In this document: positions 17,769-63,813 of the stretch, piece by piece | Position numbering within the stretch: the stretch's first letter is position 1 | Layout: every line of letters begins with the position of its first letter | Assembly: GCF_009914755.1 (NCBI RefSeq) | Contig: NC_060929.1 | Length of the DNA stretch: 64,000 nucleotides | Reading direction: 5' to 3' (one strand) | Source: the human T2T-CHM13v2.0 reference genome, Homo sapiens | Translations under genes and position numbers: made by a program | Notes under the pieces: model-generated | What the model saw: the letters and a program-made list of their open reading frames with translations, nothing else | The model's database searches: none | Told to the model about the DNA's origin: nothing

Positions 17769-18100
17769 GGTCGATAAGTCTTCCGAACCTCTGAGCTCCG
17801 GACAGGCTCTGGAAGTGCTTTAGCTTCTTTCCTACACAGCGGCACCCGCCGGCTTCCAGGCTTCACACTTGTGAACTCTTCGGCTGCCTCTGACAGTTTA
17901 TGTAATCCTGGGATGTCATTCAGTTCCCTCCTCTGTGAACCCTGATCACCTCCCCACCTCTCTTCCTCCGAGCCAGCCCCCTTCCTTTCCTGGAAATATT
18001 GCAATGAAGGATGTTTCAGGGAGGGGGGCCGTAACAGGAAGGATTCTGCAGGGCATCTAGGGTTCTGTGTCTCCTGGCAGTGTCCTGATGACTCAGGCGC
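17769..18100 (-). promoter_or_regulatory. CD14: CD14 5' UTR and proximal promoter, including the -260 (also called -159) C/T SNP site
   Basis: GC-rich sequence lies immediately upstream of the CD14 ATG on the minus strand. The remembered rs2569190 context GTTACGG[C/T]CCCCCTCCCTGAAACATCC is found on the minus strand with the variable base at plus 18028. That is exactly 260 nt from the A of the ATG, which matches the -260 naming. This window carries the C allele (G on the plus strand). Confidence 0.6.
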
Positions 18101-18484
18101 CCCAGGCGGTGAATGCCCTGTTGACTCGGGAGCCTAAGCCTTCTCTGGTGGGTGTGGGAAAAGGATGATCCTCAGTGCCTTAGGCCAGTACCATACTCTG
18201 CACTATCCAACCCCCCAATCCCCCTACCTTATATCCCAGAGAATCTACTTGATTCATTTCTTTGACTTCTTCCTTGTCTTGGTTTATGTTGATCTCCTGC
18301 CACCAAATCCAAGTCCCTGAATATCCTCAGATATTTAACTGCATGTTTTGTGGAAGAGATTGTGAACCTCATCTGTTGGCACCAAGGGGGGTAGAATTAG
18401 GTTCAAGAAAAGGAAGTTAGTCTAAAGAAAAATTCCCCCTTCCTTTTTTTTTCCTTGCTCCTTTGATTAAGTAATAACTTTCTT

Positions 18485-18781
18485 TCTTTTTTTTTTTTTT
18501 TTGAGATAGAGTCTTGCTCTGTTGCTCAGGCTGGAGTAGAGTGCCATGATCTCGGCTCACTGCAACCTCCGCCTCCTGGGTTCAAGCAATTCTCTGCCTC
18601 AGCCTCCCGAGTAGCTGGGATTACAAGTGCCCACCACCACACCCAGCTAATTTTTGTATTTTTTAGTAGAGACAGGGTTTCATCATCTTGGCCAGGCTGG
18701 TCTTGAACTCCTGACCTTGTGATCCACCCGCCTCGGCCTCCCAAAGTGCTGGGATTACAGGCGTGAGCCACTGTGCCTGGC
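18485..18781 (-). repeat. Alu (antisense), upstream of the CD14 promoter
   Basis: ttttttttttttttgagatagagtcttgctctgttgctcaggctggagtagagtgcc...gattacaggcgtgagccactgtgcctggc. Confidence 0.8.
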
Positions 18782-19015
18782 AGTACTAACTTTCTTAAAA
18801 GTGGATGTATTTAACAGAGACACATTGGCCAAGTCTCTGGGTCACTTACACTATCCATTTTCTGTCCTGAAATTGTGAAGCAAGGTATTTTGAATCAGTT
18901 TTCCCACTTGCACGTTGCTCTCTCCTGCCCTCCCCTCAGTACAATCTCTGTGCCCTAGGAAGGAAGGGATGGGACTATGTTGAATGAGGATTAATTAGTA
19001 ACTCACCAGTTTTGC

Positions 19016-19090
19016 AAAAAACAGACAAAAACAGAAAACAAAACAAAATGAAAAAAACAGCAAACAAAACAAAACAAAAAAACAACAAAT
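19016..19090. repeat. (CAAAA)n-like low-complexity A-rich tract
   Basis: aaaaacagacaaaaacagaaaacaaaacaaaatgaaaaaaacagcaaacaaaacaaaacaaaaaaacaacaaatg. Confidence 0.8.
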
Positions 19091-19181
19091 GTCCCAGAGA
19101 ATAAGGAGCTACGCATTTACAACAGCCCTCACAGGTCCACATCCCTAGACCTCTGGGGAAAGAACTATATGAAAGTCTTTT

Positions 19182-19776
<595 letters not shown>

Positions 19777-20711
19777 AAAGTCTTTTTTAAATTCCCACTT
19801 CCTCTTTAATTGAGAAAGAAGTAGCTGCAGATTTGTCCCCAATCCAAACAAGAAGGCTCATCACTGCCCCCTGCGGGTCCTGTTGGGCATACCCCAATGC
19901 ACTGGGCCATGCCCTGGTGCCATGCCAGGCCTCTGTGATATCCCTGAGGACCAAGATATGATTATATCTGACTCAAAGTCAGATAGCCAGTCTTGGAATC
20001 CCAGCTTTACGACTGAGGTTATGAGACTTGGGCCTCCCTTCTGTAAAATGGAGATGATAGTATTACCTGTTTGTGAGTAAAGTCTTTGGCACAGAAACAC
20101 ATCTTTTTAGTGTGGTCTTGATGACTAGTCTTCTTTCTCAGAGTCTCTGCTTTCAGAGAACTCAGGCCACTGAAGTCTGACACCTCATCATCTTAGGGGA
20201 GGCACTCTGGGTGGGGAGTTCCAAGTTAAGAGGGGCAGTGATGGTTCTGCAAAGATCTCCAACTCACAGCTTGATTCAACAAATGTCTATCATTTGTCTA
20301 CCGAGTACTAGGGTTGGTAGAAAGCCCTGGGACACAGACATGACAAAGACAAGTCCCTGAAGTGCTCCAGGAGGTGGGTAGAGCAAACATGAACCCAGAA
20401 CTTCCGTCCATAGTGCAGAGGGCTCTTAAAAGAAGAGAAACCAAAGGCTTGTGTTGTTGGGGGAGAGGGGTGGAGGGGAGGAACATGGTCTGGAGAAAGG
20501 AACAGCCAGCCCTGTACAAGACAGGACATGGGGCTGGTTCTTACAGGGTTAACAGTGTTGCTAGACAGGTAGATACAGAAAGGCAATTTGGGCAGCTGTA
20601 GCTGTCTGAGCAGACACTGGGCAGAATATAGCTTTTGGCTGGGAACTTTTTTCATCTTCCCCACCTGGAGCACATGTGGGTTTTGTTGTTGTTGTTATTG
20701 TTGTTGTTTTA

Positions 20712-20990
20712 GATGGAGTTTCACTCTTGTTGCCCAGGCTGGAGTGCAATGATGCAATCTTGGCTCATCGCAACCTCCACCTCCTGGGTTCAAGCGAGTC
20801 TCCTGCCTCAGTCTCCTGAGTAGCTGGGATTACAAGCACGTGCCACCACGCCTGGTTAATTTTGCATTTTTAGTAGAGACGGGGTTTCACCATGTTGGTC
20901 ATGCTGGTCTCGAACTCCTGACCTCAGGTGATCCACCTGCCTCCATCTCCCAAAGTGCTGGGATTATAGGCATGAGCCACCTTGCTGGGC
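20712..20990 (-). repeat. Alu (antisense), preceded by a (GTT)n microsatellite at 20681-20710
   Basis: agatggagtttcactcttgttgcccaggctggagtgcaatgatgcaatcttggctcatcgcaacc...gattataggcatgagccaccttgctgggcc. Confidence 0.8.
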
Positions 20991-21009
20991 CAAGTGTGGG
21001 TCTTAGAAG

Positions 21010-21200
21010 CTAGCCTGGGTTAGGTGCAGTGGCTCATGCCTGTAATTCTAGCACTTTGGGAGGCCAAGCTGAAAGGATCATTTAAGGCTGAGTTCCAGGC
21101 TGTGATAAGCCATGATTGCACTACTGCACTGCAGCGTGGGCAACCGAGCAAGACCCTGGCTCAAAAAAAAAAAAAATAAATAAAATAAAAATAAAAAAGT
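21010..21200 (+). repeat. Alu fragment (sense, internally deleted)
   Basis: gggttaggtgcagtggctcatgcctgtaattctagcactttgggaggccaag...ctgcactgcagcgtgggcaaccgagcaagaccctggctcaaaaaaaaaaaaaa. Confidence 0.7.
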
Positions 21201-22595
21201 TTTTCTTGGGGAAATAAGAAAATAAATTTTTTTTAATTAAAAAATTAAAAAAAGAAGCCAGACAGTTGCATGAGGAAGGGCTCAAGATCCAGGCCCTATC
21301 CCTGGCCAGAGCATGGTGCACAGCAGGTACTCAGTAAATGGCTCTCCAGGGGCTGGATGGATACTGGGAGAGAAGATATGGAGGATGGAATGATGGCCTG
21401 TAGATATTTTAACATGCTGTTTTGTGGAAGAGATTGCAGACTTCATTGATTAACTCCAAGGGGTAGAATTAAGTTCAAGGGAAAGAAATTGGTTTTAAGA
21501 ATAACCTTTTTCCTAGATTTGTACTTAATTGAACCTTTGCCTAAGTTATATGGCTTTTTAAAAATTAGAGGTTTCCTGTAAAAATTCTTAGGTGCCACCG
21601 GGACCCTAATCTTCTGGAGCTGCCAAGGGGGTCTGGGAGGAGACAACATCAAATAATTACACTATAACTTAATGATAGCTGTGAAAAGGGTTGTGAAGAA
21701 GCTGGGTCATTGGTACAATGGTTCTGAGTAGGTGACACTGGACTTGACATGTTGAGAATGGTGTTGAGGGAAGGATGCTGGTAGAAAGAAAAGGGAAGGA
21801 TGCAGGCAGAGAAAACAGCTTGTGCGAGAGCCTCCCCCAAGAGTGGGAGTAGGGTGGAGGAGAAAAAGAACAGGGCTTGTTGACAAAGAGAAGGTCCCAG
21901 AAGAGGTGAGTCCAGATTGGAGAGGTATGCAGGGGTTAGACCATGTAGGGCTAAATCGGCCACAATTCCAATTTTGAATGTGAGGAACACGGTTTTTTAT
22001 TCACTAGTGTTTCCTCAGTGCCTAGTAGACTAGTGGCACTCCACATTTGGTGAAAGATTTTATCCTAAAAATTATGGGAATTCAGTTTTATGCAGAGAAG
22101 TGAAATAATGATATCTTTCTCATTTTCATCACATATAAAATGAGAATAATGGTCATTGTGGTGAACATTCTGTAAAGCAAAAATAAAATTCTAAGGCCGC
22201 CCCCCACAACCATCTGAATGGACTTCCTCCTCAGCCAGGGCTCTTTCAAAATTAAACCCGAGTGACCGTTTCAGGCCATGATGGGAAGTAGGGGTTGAAC
22301 GTGCCTCATTATACCTCTCTACCGTTAACATCAACACAGACTTTAAGTTTGATAAGAAACATTTTACAACCCATTCTCTCTGAAGCCTAGGATTTGAAGG
22401 TTTCCTCTGCAAATAAGAACTTGGGTCTCCACAATCCTTTATCTTAACCCAGACATTCCTTTCTATTGATTTCAGGTCTTTAGAGAAACTCAACCAATTG
22501 TCAACCAGAAAAATTTAAAATCTACCTATAAGCTGGAAGCCCCCCACCGCCCCACTTCGAGTTGTCCCGCCTTTCTGTTGTCCCACAAACCAATG

Positions 22596-22730
22596 TCTTT
22601 CTCTCTTTCCCCCTCCCCTCTCTTCCCTTCCTCCTTTCCTCTTTTCTTTTCTTTCTTTCTTTTCTCCCTTTCTTTCTTTCTTTCTTTCTTTCTTCCTTCC
22701 TTTCTTTCTTTTCTTTCTCTTAGGAATAAC
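22596..22730. repeat. Polypyrimidine (CTTT)n/(CTTC)n tetranucleotide-rich tract of about 130 bp between CD14 and TMCO6
   Basis: ccctcccctctcttcccttcctcctttcctcttttcttttctttctttcttttctccctttctttctttctttctttctttcttccttcctttctttcttttctttctc. Confidence 0.9.
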
Positions 22731-23257
22731 GCTCAAAATCCTAAGGGAAATTGAACACTCGAACAAAGGATTATTAGCAAAGCAATTTTACTTCTGCTCA
22801 GAGGGGTGTCTGCTTGGCCAGTCGCCATGAGAGCACACCTGAACAAAGGGGCACGAGAGCCTTTATTCCTGACGCAAGTCCTGCCCCTGTACCCTTTCCC
22901 CATTGGCCGGGGTCGGGTCATACAATCTGAACTAATCCCGGTTGGCTAAACATTTGATTTTTTTAGGTAATGTGGGCACGTAAAAGAAAGTGGAGAGGAA
23001 AGGGGAAGGGGTGCCTGTAATGAACTAGAAAGTTAGTCCTCTTTCCAAATAATGAAAGGAATGTGAGCTGGTACTGATAACGTCTGGTACTGATAACGTC
23101 TTGTACTGTGGCGTGCCTCGGCATCTAACGAAGGCAAAAAGGAGAAAAAGGAAAACAAAAGTGTGTGTGGGGGGGAGTACTATGAATTAAAGAATAAAAG
23201 ATTGATCTAATTATTTGAAGAGAAACCTCATCATATCCCAGATTTCTTTCTTTCTTT

Positions 23258-23568
<311 letters not shown>

Positions 23569-24223
23569 TGAATGAACTGAAGTCTCATATCTCCCTAAAA
23601 TATGTAAAACCAAGCTGTACCGGACCACCTTGGGCACATGTTCTCAGGACCTCCTGAGGGCTGTGTCAAGGGCCATGGTCACTCATATTTGGCTCAGAAT
23701 AAGTCTCTTCAAATATTTTACAGAGTTGGACTCTTTTCGTTGACAATTCAATGACGCTTCAAGCGTTTTTGGCAGCTCTCATCAGTGGGATCCGCATTAA
23801 TAGTGAAACGGCATCATGGCGCTTCCCGCAGTTCGGGATTGTTTTGAACTTTCATCTAGAGCGTATTGTGGGTGGGGAAGTTGTGTTTGCTGAGTAGATT
23901 GTGACACTGCTGGCTTGGGTCACTCGAGGTCAGGGATGAGAGACTTTTTTTCCTAGAATTGGTAAGACAGGAAATCAATCAGAGGCAGAGCGACGCCTCT
24001 GGCTCTGGTCTAGTGGTGCAGCGTCTCTAGCCCTCGCCCCGCCCACCGTCCCCGCGAGGCGTCCACTCGCCGAGCCCCGCCCTCACCCAGCACCCACCCC
24101 GCTCCTCGCGCCCTCCCCGCCTGTTCCCGCCCTGTGCTGAGGCTGCGCAGTCGGTGCCATCTTCTACGCCCCTGGGAGCGTTGTGGCTGCTGTTTCCTTC
24201 GGCTTTCCTCCTCCTGCTCCACC

Positions 24224-29794
<5,571 letters not shown>

Positions 29795-30076
29795 TCTTGT
29801 TTCTCAATGTCACTCATTCCCCTCTCTCTTAACATCAAGCTTGTTTGTCCAGTAGAGCCTTTGGAGATTTAGGACCATAATGAGGTCTCATGTTCTCTGC
29901 TCCCACACCTAAGCCAAGACCTTTGGGTCCCAGCTCCTCCCCTTCCACTCAGCACTATCCAGGCAGGAGGACCAAAAGGGACTCAGTGTGGTCTACTTAC
30001 TCTGGGGCCCTAGAATCCCTGCCCCCCCGCCACCCTTCATGTTTGCTTCAGCAGCTGGTAGCTTTTGATGAGACAG

Positions 30077-30082
30077 AATAAA
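30077..30082 (+). terminator. TMCO6: TMCO6 poly(A) signal AATAAA
   Basis: AATAAA lies 283 nt after the TMCO6 stop codon in gacagAATAAAgttttattttt. It is the first canonical signal after the stop. Confidence 0.6.
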
Positions 30083-30084
30083 GT

Positions 30085-30090
30085 TTTATT
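30085..30090 (-). terminator. NDUFA2: NDUFA2 poly(A) signal AATAAA (minus strand)
   Basis: Plus-strand TTTATT at 30085-30090 reads AATAAA on the minus strand, about 195 nt after the NDUFA2 stop. It sits 2 nt from the TMCO6 signal, giving the palindromic element AATAAAGTTTTATT. Confidence 0.55.
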
Positions 30091-30282
30091 TTTATATTAA
30101 GCTACTTTGCCTCAGTGGTTGCACAGTAAGGGGTAGAGGGTAGATGAGGACAAGAACACCCTGAGAAAGTATTTTACAGCACAAGCTTTATGAGGAATAG
30201 GAGAACACATTTTTTTCACATTATACTAAGTCCAGCAGAGCCCAGGCTCTGGGGCTGTTGCTCTTAATCCTCAGTGGAGGCT

Positions 30283-47014
<16,732 letters not shown>

Positions 47015-47143
47015 TCACTAGTTACAACCAGAGATGCTCCACAAGGATATGCTCCCCACTGTTTTCTTTCTACAATTTCCAAAGGTTGCAAGATGTTTTT
47101 TTGTGGATGAATATAAAATTTTATTGTGTAATTACTTGGTTCC

Positions 47144-47149
47144 ATTAAA
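47144..47149 (+). terminator. IK: IK poly(A) signal ATTAAA
   Basis: ggttccATTAAAattggttaac lies about 130 nt after the IK stop codon. This fits an mRNA of about 1.9-2.0 kb. Confidence 0.55.
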
Positions 47150-48226
47150 ATTGGTTAACTTGCTATTTTCTTTGTTGAGCATGTCCCCTCCAGTGCCCTT
47201 GAAGCACCAAGAACACTAATTCCACTGGTTGTGTAAAATCACATGCAGAAAGTCATCAGTCCTTTCCTGAGCTGTGGTTCTAGATTCCTAGACAGTAAGG
47301 ATGCTCTCTAGCCAGTGTGCCCAGTAGAGAAGAGAATAATGATCCTCACTGATGGGCAAGAGGTGGATAGAGGAATGTAAGTATGATTGGTCTCAAATGT
47401 CAGACTCATTCCGGCCCATCTTCAGGCCTAGTCCCTGGGGAAAGATTTCCTGGGGATTGCTGTCAGCCTGATGGGCTGCTAATCTGATCTCCAGGCTATG
47501 AAGGACTGGGCTCTGGATGAAGGCATCTAATGAAAATCACTTATGGGTGGGAACCAAAACCTTTTATGAGTTTATGTACTATGAGCTTTATTAATGTTGA
47601 GTACAAATCACTGTCTCCTTGGCTAAAGGTGTAACCTTAGGGAAGTGCTTTGGGTTTAGAGCTGATATAGTGTGGCCCTGCAGGTACAGGAATTCCTATC
47701 CTAGACCAGAAGGGTTTGGTGCCCTTCATCACCCTGAAACATTTGCCAAGGCCCAGAATAGGTCTGTTGACCTTTGAATCACACCATTCCCTTCCCTTTT
47801 CTTCCCTTCTGCTCATTACCAGCACTTTGGCCTGGTGCTCATCATTAGGTGTCACTACTGCTTCCTGGCTGGATGCCACGCTGCCACTGTCTACCCTGAG
47901 CCCAAGATTTGTGGCCTCACCAGATCCAAGAAAGCTAGAAAGTCACCTTAGCCATTACCTTGTCTTTGATTATATTCACCTTGGTAGGACAGGTTTTTGT
48001 GAGGAAGCCAGTATTGTGCATGGCATGTAAGAGGCTGAAATTGGGCCTTGCTGCAATAGCACCTAGAATGGCTAATTTCAGACAAATGACACCATGGTTC
48101 TATGGATGTAGGTAGGCAGTCCCAATTATTAAAAATGGTCACAGAGACATGGCACAGGTGAAGACATCTGGAGAGTCACTAAAAGCAAGACCTGGAGATT
48201 GTGGGTTTGAAATTCAGTTTCTGAGG

Positions 48227-49000
<774 letters not shown>

Positions 49001-49597
49001 GTAACTGAGCACTGCTTGTCCAGCCCATTGAGTTTCTGTAGACAAATTGTAGGAACTGGCACAGCAAACTGGCCACAAAGACGTTAGGGGCGTGGACACC
49101 AGCTGCTTGAGCTGCCTGCTGTCCCAGACTCCCGTATGTCATCGCGCAGCGTGGGATTTTGCGGCTTCCTGACAGCCCAGGCTGTCGCTTGACTTGATCT
49201 TGGGTTTCACCAAGCCACGAAGGACTAGCGTCCCTCTCTCCTATCCCAAGGGCATTAAGCCTGTCTGGATGAAGTAGGAGAGGAAAGATTTACACGCAGT
49301 TCTCAACTTTACGTGACGTGACTAGGGAGGGAATTGACGGTCGCACCGTCTACCTAGCCCAAACGGGGTCACAGCAGGACAAGGAAGTAGCAGATCTCCC
49401 AGATGCGGTCTCTTCGCTCCGCTCCACCCGCACCAGCAGCGGCCCACCCACCTCTCCTGTAAGAGGAAGAACGTCCCGGAGACACTTCCGGCCCCGCCCC
49501 CCGAGGCGGAAGCGGAGTGCCAGGCTACTCCTCCCGCAGTGTGGGTGGTTCCGAGGCTGACTACCCTGCGGCGGCGCGGCTCGCAGTCCTTCTCAGC

Positions 49598-54340
<4,743 letters not shown>

Positions 54341-54424
54341 AGGAATGAATTGAATCTTGAGACGGGTCCTCACCAGGCAAGAGTCTTGCTTATTGGGCTG
54401 CATCCCCAGAGAGGATATGAATTA

Positions 54425-55395
<971 letters not shown>

Positions 55396-55494
55396 TGAGG
55401 AAGTACTTGCCCCGTAGCAGCTATTCACTCTACCAGTGTAAACAAACTCTAAGCTAGGGCAAGACAGCACAGACACAAGTATATACTAACCAGG

Positions 55495-55500
55495 GGTTTA
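55495..55500 (-). terminator. DND1: Candidate DND1 poly(A) signal ATTAAA (minus strand)
   Basis: Plus-strand tttaat at 55495-55500 reads ATTAAA on the minus strand, about 480 nt after the DND1 stop. This is an inference. Confidence 0.35.
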
Positions 55501-55620
55501 ATATAAATACAACCAGCATAGAAAGACCCAAAACTATACAGAAACCAAAACCAGAATGCCATGTGGTGGAGGCAAAGGGCAGAATTTCTGACCCCTTTGG
55601 CTCAGCTGCCCTTCCCCACA

Positions 55621-55626
55621 AATAAA
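55621..55626 (+). terminator. WDR55: Candidate WDR55 poly(A) signal AATAAA, at the end of a long Alu-containing 3' UTR
   Basis: This is the first strong AATAAA on the plus strand after the three antisense Alus that follow the WDR55 stop. It implies a 3' UTR of about 1.3 kb and an mRNA of about 2.5 kb. This is an inference. Confidence 0.35.
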
Positions 55627-55978
55627 AACCAACAAAGAGGACAAATCAGGACAATAAAGAAGATTCATGCTAAGCTGTGGCAGAGGGGGGAAGGTATGAT
55701 CGGGTGGGGGTGGGACAAGGAACGGCCATGGAAGATCACTGGGTCAGGTTGGACCCTGGGCTGGGAGCGGGAGGGCAAGGCCCCTCACCACAACTTAACC
55801 CAAACCTAAGCTGCCCCCAGGTGCCATAGGTCCCTGTCCCAGCAGGGAGGCTGATGGGCCTGGGCCCATGCCCCTCCCCACCTTTGGGGGTCAGAAAGTG
55901 GCCACCCAGGCCTGCTGGGATGGGGCCTGACACAGGCTCTGCATGCCCATTCAGGGTGCCTGTGGAGAAAGAATGGAG

Positions 55979-58228
55979 TCACTGTTTAACCATGGTACCT
56001 GCCTCAGCCCCAGCAGACCACAGGAGGTTGGCCCCAGACTCACTGAGTGCCTGCAGCAGCCGTACAGACACAGCATCCTTGGCCACCTCATGCCCATCCC
56101 GGCCATCTAGGGTCAGCACAACCCAGATGAGGCCGCTGAAGGGCACCGGATGCCCAGGAATCACCACCTGGTACCAGAAGCGGTGCCAGCCAGCAGGTCC
56201 TATGCCCAAACACTTGGTGAGGAACACAGGGCTGCCCAGCTTCATTCGTTGGCACAGCAACTGCAGGGTAGCCCGAGCCCCTTGGAACCCTAACTTGTCC
56301 CTTGCCAAAGCCAACTGGCTGCCCTCTGGCTGTGGGGACCGCAAGAAGGGACCCACAAGCTGCTGGCGAAGTCGCTGCTTCAGGTCTGGCTTGAGCCACT
56401 CCACAGCCACCTGCTCTCCACAGAGGTGTGACTGCCCTGTAGGAAAAATGCAAAGACAAGGGCAGGTCTAAACCCTGGGCCCAAGCCTCCAGGTGGTGAG
56501 CCCTTTGGAGCTACACAGTCCTGTTATTTGTAGCCTTCCCATTTCCTGGTAGTGTGACCATGGGTAAGAAAAGACAATGAAGCCTTCAGCCTCCATTATT
56601 TGCAAAGGGAGTATAACACACTGCTACCTTACAAGTTTCCTTGGAGAAGTACTGGTTAATTGCAGGCTTTGTCTGCCTCATAACCATCATAATGGCTAAT
56701 CTTTACTGGGAAAACTTGCTGTAAGTCAGTCAGTGTGCTAAGTACCGTACACCCATTATGTTACTTAATTCTCATAACAGTCTGAGGAAACAGATTCTAT
56801 AGTAGTAAAAAGCTCAGTTGGATTCCCTTGAGCAAATCAATTTCTCTAACAGTTTCCTCATAGCTTGAGGGTCCTGTGCCTATTTTGCGGTGTGGGGGTG
56901 GGGGAAGGTTGAGAATTAAGTCAGGAGGTAATGCTCGGGAAGTGTCACAAATTTAGGTAAGCGGTGGTGGTAGCACCATTGGAAGTTTTAAAAATCTGAG
57001 ATCAAATAGTAAAAGGTTGCAAATTCTGGCATGTTTGACTCTAAGATCTTGTAACTTTAACAGCTATGCTCAGTATAAAGTGCTGGGCAGAACGCGTTTG
57101 GCCCCAACCAGCACCCCCGCCCCAGCCTACCTTCCACCAGGGCCTTTTTGGCCATGGCAGCGGCCCGGTGCGAGCTGAATTTGAGCAGAGCGATCTGCCC
57201 GGGCGCCGGTCCGGGGCTGGGCAGCAGCCGCGCCTCCTGCAAGCCGGGACCCAGCGGCTGCAGCGCGAGCAGCAGCGCGCTGCGGGTCAGATTCGGCGGC
57301 AGGCCGTCAACGCTCAGCTCACACTTCTCGGTGCTGCGGCACACGAGCAGCGGGCAGGACGGCCGCAGCGGGTGGTTGTGCAGCGTGGCGATGGCGGCCT
57401 GCGCGCCGCGCCTCGAGCTGTAGCGGGCATAGGCGAAGCCGCGGTTCAGGCCGCTGAAGGTCATCATCAGGCGGAACTCGTAGAGGCGGCCCACGCGCTG
57501 GAACAGCGGGATAAGCTGGTGCTCGTACACGTCCTGAGGCAGCCGCCCGATGAACACCTCTGACCCAGCTGGCGGCGGGCTGCCCACCCAGCCTGTGGGA
57601 AGAGGGTATGCAAGGCCACCGTCAGGCGACGCTTTCGAATTCTGAGCCCACGGACCCAGCGCGCGGGGGTGGGAGGCGATGTGAACAAAGGTCTGTGAAA
57701 TGGGTTTACACCCGTACCCTGGGTGGTTGGCATAATTAGGTGACTGCGCTAACAAGGGGGCTGGCACAGAGTAGGTACACCTTGAGATTGGCCCCCTCCC
57801 TCGACGGGGCGGGTGGACGTGGAGCCACAGTTCCTCCTTTGCTGGGGGGTATAAATCCGGGTAGTTCGCAGTTTCTGACAGTGAAGGCTCGGAGCAGCCC
57901 CTCCCCCAAAGGGGGCTGGTGTAGCCGGACAGGCGGAGGGGCTGGGACTACCGTACCTGGGGGTGGCCCGCCATACTTCCTCTGCCCGTTCACCTGCACC
58001 AGGCGGATGCCTGTCTCCCTGACCCACGCCTCCAGCGCCGCCTTGTTCTCTGGATTCACCCTCTCACACCACAGCTGAGAGGGAAAGGAAGGTTGGAATG
58101 GCGGATCGCCAAGCGCGCCCCCACCTCTCCTGTGGTACTGGGGTCCCTAAAGCCGACCCCCGCTCCGGCGGGGCTCGCCGGCCCCCAAGTCGCCAGCCGC
58201 TTACCTCACAATCCCGCTTGGACTGCAT
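55979..58228 (-). CDS. DND1: Dead end protein homolog 1 (germ-cell RNA-binding protein with two RRMs), complete CDS of 4 exons on the minus strand
   Basis: Minus-strand exons are the complements of 58205..58228 ([14 protein letters not shown] donor), 57957..58074 ([39 protein letters not shown]), 57131..57592 ([154 protein letters not shown]) and 55979..56436 ([41 protein letters not shown]...[11 protein letters not shown], stop TGA). The total is 1062 nt, giving 353 aa. Confidence 0.92.
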
Positions 58229-58560
58229 GGCTCTCCAGCTGGCCCCCTCGTACCCTCTTTATAACTTCCTCCCCACCGGCCTCTGGAAGCTTCCCTACCC
58301 CTCCACCCCGCAAGCTCTCATTGGCTCTGAGCGCGACCCCGCCTCCCAGGGGGGTGGAGGTATCCACTGCACGTGCGCCGCCCGGGCTTCGCTCAGACCT
58401 TCAGGTGAAAGCTGCAAAGTCGCGGGTGCGTATGTACGGGGGCTGCCTCCCCAGGAGGAGCTCCCAAGCCGCAGGGTGGACGCTGGAGACAAGAACCTCA
58501 GGGTCACAAGTTTACTGTTTTTCTCCCTTTTCCATCCCTACATTGGTCTGCTGGGGAAGG
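58229..58560 (-). promoter_or_regulatory. DND1: DND1 promoter and 5' UTR (CpG-rich), lying only about 300 bp downstream of the HARS1 poly(A) signal
   Basis: GC/CpG-rich sequence upstream (minus-strand sense) of the DND1 ATG at 58228. It runs into the HARS1 3' UTR. Confidence 0.45.
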
Positions 58561-58606
58561 CGGGGCTAGGCATCACTGACACACGCAGACTCCGTGGTTG
58601 AGGCAT

Positions 58607-58612
58607 TTTATT
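58607..58612 (-). terminator. HARS1: HARS1 poly(A) signal AATAAA (minus strand)
   Basis: Plus-strand cattttattgg reads CCAATAAAATG on the minus strand, about 335 nt after the HARS1 stop codon. Confidence 0.5.
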
Positions 58613-58942
58613 GGACCTTTGGCAATTGGTGGTGGGGAGGCATCTGCTCCAACTGGTGCGGGGCCCTGCAGATGGGACCATCTCAGGCTGGGTCCTTGTA
58701 GCCCAGGAGCACAGACTGGACTAAGCCTCCTGGGCCTTGTATGAAAAAGGTGTTGTACCTGGCCGTTTTTGCCAGTAATAATCAATAAAATAACCATAAT
58801 AAAAATCAAAGGCTCTGTTCTGACCACTCTTCAGGTCTTCCGCTGAAACGGAAAAGTGCAAAGCAATTGAAGTACATATGCAGTTTGTCTTAACCTCAAA
58901 TAGTGCCAGTCCCACTTCCTTTCCTCTGATAGTTTGTTCAGT

Positions 58943-63813
<4,871 letters not shown>

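Noticed and set aside
57066-57563. 165-aa plus-strand ORF (plus the 57148..57423 and 57740..58078 ORFs) opposite DND1 exons 2-3
   Set aside because: It is an antisense frame of a GC-rich coding exon, and the minus strand gives exact DND1 protein.
58093-58601. 158-aa and 167-aa plus-strand ORFs over the DND1 promoter and HARS1 3' UTR
   Set aside because: They lie in a CpG-island/GC-rich region, are proline- and arginine-rich with low complexity, and have no recognisable domain. Both are open frames of the kind CpG islands routinely produce.
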